This document shows, piece by piece, positions 60,971 to 64,000 of a stretch of DNA of 64,000 bases. The translations under genes and the position numbers were made by a program. The DNA comes from Planctomycetota bacterium. GTDB taxonomy: Bacteria; Planctomycetota; GCA-002687715; CAIWVZ01. The notes beneath the pieces were generated by a model. That model was not told the origin of the DNA. It saw only the letters and a list, made by a program, of their open reading frames with translations, and made no database searches. Where the stretch lies: NCBI GenBank assembly GCA_044222185.1, contig JBGANV010000001.1, forward strand, positions 1,408,001-1,472,000. Reading direction: 5' to 3'. The stretch's first letter is position 1. Each line of letters starts with the position of its first letter.

Positions 60971-62419
60971 TCAGTCGATCTTCACGCCCATTCCCTTCAA
61001 GATCTGCTCGACGTTGGTGTCGCCTTCCGTGTAGCCGGAGACGACGCCCGCGATCTTTCCGTCCTTGCCGATGATGAACGTGGCCGGGATTCCCGTCACG
61101 TTGTAGAGCTTCCGCGAGATCGTGTTGCCGTTGGGATCGCGACCTGCCGGATCACGGGCGAGGATGAACTTGTATTCCGCGCCCTTCCCCGTGGCGAACG
61201 CCTCGAAGGGCGCTGCGTCGTCCGACGTGTTCATGGCGATGACGGCGACGTCCTGACCTTCGACGGCTTCCGCGATCTTCGACAAGTGCGGAATGCCCTT
61301 CATGCACGGCCCGCACCACGTGGCCCACATGTCGAGGACGACGATCTTCTTGCCGCGGAAATCCGACAGCTTGAACCGGTTCGTGGTGTCGAGCTTCGTC
61401 TGCCCCTTCTTCCAACCCAGCACCTCGAAGTCGGGCGCCTCGACGCCGACGGCGAGCATCTCCACCTTCTCGACGTTGGGGCGCGGCACGCGAACGACCT
61501 TCATCGTGGGCGTCATCTTCAACGAGGATCCATCATCCGAGATCGTCGCGAGGTAGTTCAGGTCACCGAAGGGGAACGTCCCGCGCACGTCGAACTGGTC
61601 GCCGTCGAGCATGAGCCACACTGGCCGCGTCATCGCTTCACCGACGACGATCGGCTTGCTCGAGTCGAAGAGTTTGCTGAACAGCCCGTCCGAGTCGCTC
61701 TCGGTGAGCGTGACGTCGTAGTTCTTGCCGGCGATCGAGATGGTCCCGACGCGCGCCGATGCGGCGTAGTAGCCGATCATCGAGCGACCCGCCTGCCAGT
61801 AGAAGTTCAACGCGTACTCGCCGACCTTGTTCGAGCCGTCGGGCTGTTTCCAACCCGGTTTGAAAACCCACGTACCCGAGAGGCTCGGCGCGCCGCCGTC
61901 CTTCCCCTCCGTCTTCTTCTCCCAGGCTCCGGTGCCATCGTTCGTCAGATCGCCGTCGCCGTTCAGGTCGAGGTAGAGGCGCGCGTCCTTTCCCTCGGCC
62001 TCGTCGGACGCGATGACGAAGCGATTCGGAGTACCGTTGCCGATCTTCACGACGGCGTACTGAGGCTTGCCCTGGTAGGAGGGCTCCTTCGTGACTGCCT
62101 CCGGCTTGTCCGCGCCGAGCTTGGCGCTCGATGGCATGTACATGCGGTTGTGCTTCTTCGTCCCCTCGAAGTCGAACTTGCGCAGGTCCATGGTGAGTGT
62201 CGCCTCGGCCGCACCCTGCTCGGGGTCGATGGGCGCGCGGCTCGGCCTCGCCTTCCCCGCGGGCGCCATGCCTCCCATGCTCACCGCCGGCACGGAGCGA
62301 GGCCGGGATTCGGCCGGGGTCGCAGGCTTTCCCGGCTGCTGCGCCGTCGCAATCGACGGCAACGCCCATGCGAAGACGAACAGGAGAATCGAGCGGCGAC
62401 AAAGGGGAAGACGAGACAT
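60971..62419 (-). CDS. Exported TlpA-family thiol-disulfide oxidoreductase with large N-terminal domain
   Basis: Signal peptide; APDF, LSDFRGK.VVLDMWATWCGPC, GIPATFIIGKDG. Confidence 0.88.
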   Translation of the reverse strand: MSRLPLCRRSILLFVFAWALPSIATAQQPGKPATPAESRPRSVPAVSMGGMAPAGKARPSRAPIDPEQGAAEATLTMDLRKFDFEGTKKHNRMYMPSSAKLGADKPEAVTKEPSYQGKPQYAVVKIGNGTPNRFVIASDEAEGKDARLYLDLNGDGDLTNDGTGAWEKKTEGKDGGAPSLSGTWVFKPGWKQPDGSNKVGEYALNFYWQAGRSMIGYYAASARVGTISIAGKNYDVTLTESDSDGLFSKLFDSSKPIVVGEAMTRPVWLMLDGDQFDVRGTFPFGDLNYLATISDDGSSLKMTPTMKVVRVPRPNVEKVEMLAVGVEAPDFEVLGWKKGQTKLDTTNRFKLSDFRGKKIVVLDMWATWCGPCMKGIPHLSKIAEAVEGQDVAVIAMNTSDDAAPFEAFATGKGAEYKFILARDPAGRDPNGNTISRKLYNVTGIPATFIIGKDGKIAGVVSGYTEGDTNVEQILKGMGVKID

Positions 62420-62565
62420 GGCAGGAACCTCACGACGTTCACGTCGCAGAATCGAGCGACCGCGACCGGCGATCGAACGCGACGAACGGGCCAGGAATCG
62501 AACGACGAACGAGCCGAGAGCTTACGCGAGCGCCGGTCGCGCAGGTAGCCGCGCGGGGGCCGAAG

Positions 62566-62937
62566 CGGAGCGCCAGTCCTCCGCCGCCTCGGCGGGGACT
62601 GGCAGGATCGCCGCGCGTCCCCCGCGGTCCAACCGGCGTCGATCATCGACGCGATTCGAGATCACCAACGCGCGTCTGATCATCGAAAGCCCCGCGGCAC
62701 GCCGACGTCGGCCGGACCGGTCGTCCTCGCTATCGCTGCGGTCGACCGGCGATCCTGCCGCTCGTCCTCACTCGCGCATCGCGCTCGCTGCGGTCGAGCG
62801 GCGCTCCGACACCGCCTCCGCCGACCGGTGCGCCCCGGAGCGCCAGTCCTCCGCCGTCTCGGCGGGGACTGGCCGGATCGCAGCGCGTCCCGCGCGGTCC
62901 AACCGGCGTCGATCGCCGACGCGCTCCAGATCACCAA
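62566..62937. repeat. Two ~100-bp direct repeats with an internal palindrome (REP-like), at 62566-62668 and 62836-62937
   Basis: CGGAGCGCCAGTCCTCCGCCG(C/T)CTCGGCGGGGACTGGC...GGTCCAACCGGCGTCGATC...ATCACCAA, spaced 270 bp apart. Confidence 0.88.
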
Positions 62938-63635
62938 TCGATCGGAACGACGATCTCACTCATCTCCGACAGGTCCGATTCTGGCCCCGTCACGACGACG
63001 ATGGCATCGCGCTCTCGCCGGCTGCGCACGTCGACGCGGTAGTCGGACCATTCGAGCCACTGGTACCCGATCGCGCCGGCGACCGTTCGCCGCCGGTACA
63101 CGCACGTCCCCGTGTGCGGCGTGAAGTCTCCGCCGACCTCCCACGTGTCGATCACGATCGACCGTTGGTTGCCGAGGTCGAAGACCTGCAACGTCTCCCG
63201 CGGCGGACGGTTTTCGACGAGGGCATGCTCGATGCGGGATCTGTCCCCCACCGTGCAGCAGCACGCGACGACGATGAGACACGCAGTCAGTTTCGAAAAC
63301 CACCCCGGTGTCGCGCTCCAAAACCACCGATCGGCACGCGTCGCCCGCACGACCGCCACCGCAAGAAGGGTCCAGACCGCGGCGAACGACGTCAGCAGGA
63401 GGCACGCCCGAGCCCGCGGCGTCACGACCTCGACGGGAACGTCGAACTGCGTTGCGAGGTACGTGAAGGCCGTGGCGAAGAAGGCGGCGTGGCCCGCTCG
63501 TCCCCACGGCCGGAACGACGATCGAGGCACACGCGGCGGCGGCGCCGGCGGCTCCGTCGCATCGAACCCGACGCGCGGATCGAACGGGACCACGCGAACC
63601 GGCCCTCGAGGCGGTTCCGAACCGGCCTCACTCAT
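62931..63635 (-). CDS. Hypothetical membrane protein
   Basis: About three hydrophobic segments followed by a soluble C-terminus; ATGA overlap with the gamma-carbonic anhydrase stop codon. Confidence 0.6.
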   Translation of the reverse strand: MSEAGSEPPRGPVRVVPFDPRVGFDATEPPAPPPRVPRSSFRPWGRAGHAAFFATAFTYLATQFDVPVEVVTPRARACLLLTSFAAVWTLLAVAVVRATRADRWFWSATPGWFSKLTACLIVVACCCTVGDRSRIEHALVENRPPRETLQVFDLGNQRSIVIDTWEVGGDFTPHTGTCVYRRRTVAGAIGYQWLEWSDYRVDVRSRRERDAIVVVTGPESDLSEMSEIVVPIDW

Positions 63636-64000
63636 CGCACGTGCCGGCGCGCCAGCTGTAGATAGCGCTCGACGTTCTCCCGCAGGTCCGCCAGTTCAGC
63701 ATCCGTGACCTGGCGGATCACCTTGCCGGGCGAACCGACGACGAGCGATCGCGGCGGGATCACCTTCCCGAGCGTCACGAGCGCGCCCGCGGCGACGATG
63801 GACTCGGCGCCGATGTGCGCGCCCGGGAGGAGGATCGCCCCGATCCCGATGAGGCATCGATCTTCCACCGTTCGACAGTGCACGACGGCGTTGTGGCCGA
63901 TGGTGACGTCGGCGCCGATCTCCACGTCCTGATCGTGCTGCGGGTGGATCATGGTCAGATCCTGCACGTTGGTGCGAGGGCCGATCCGGATCTTCGCCAC
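63632..64000 (-). CDS. Gamma carbonic anhydrase family protein (YrdA/PaaY-like), C-terminal part
   Basis: IRIGPRTNVQD..MIH, TIGHNAVVH, LIGIGAILL hexapeptide repeats, GSPGKVIR. Confidence 0.92.
   Translation of the reverse strand: MAKIRIGPRTNVQDLTMIHPQHDQDVEIGADVTIGHNAVVHCRTVEDRCLIGIGAILLPGAHIGAESIVAAGALVTLGKVIPPRSLVVGSPGKVIRQVTDAELADLRENVERYLQLARRHVR

Noticed and set aside
62566-62937. CRISPR array
   Set aside because: Only two units, each ~100 bp and separated by ~167 bp, which does not fit CRISPR repeat/spacer sizes.
62091-63665. 524-aa plus-strand ORF containing a duplicated peptide
   Set aside because: Arg/Ala-rich, overlaps three minus-strand genes, and its repeat simply reflects the 270-bp-spaced DNA repeat.

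Overview
High-GC bacterial chromosomal window. The gene content (Ser/Thr kinase-TPR protein, CHAT protease, ECF sigma factor, HZS-alpha-like protein, carboxypeptidase-regulatory-like domain protein) suggests Planctomycetota, but this is inference only. Housekeeping genes (mfd, SurA-like PPIase, rnc, dGTPase, nadD, pgi, hutH, hutU, TrmH, RluA, gamma-carbonic anhydrase) are interspersed with accessory blocks. (1) A DUF2946-like CxxC...RGPP upstream ORF followed by hairpins, an outer-membrane barrel and a Zn/Mn-type ABC importer. (2) Two large exported proteins transcribed divergently from an exported CHAT protease, ECF sigma and single-pass anti-sigma-like operon. (3) A beta-repeat exported protein followed by a teneurin-like RHS/YD protein with a PA14 insert, a Cys-rich 102-aa tip and no adjacent immunity gene. 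Four of the large exported proteins share a ~110-aa domain (..LDL..G.....Q[GA].....[TS]N), C-terminal in three and N-terminal in the RHS protein, which is a candidate sorting or anchoring domain. No tRNA, rRNA, CRISPR array, integrase or transposase was recognised. All product calls come from motif recognition by eye, with no database searches.
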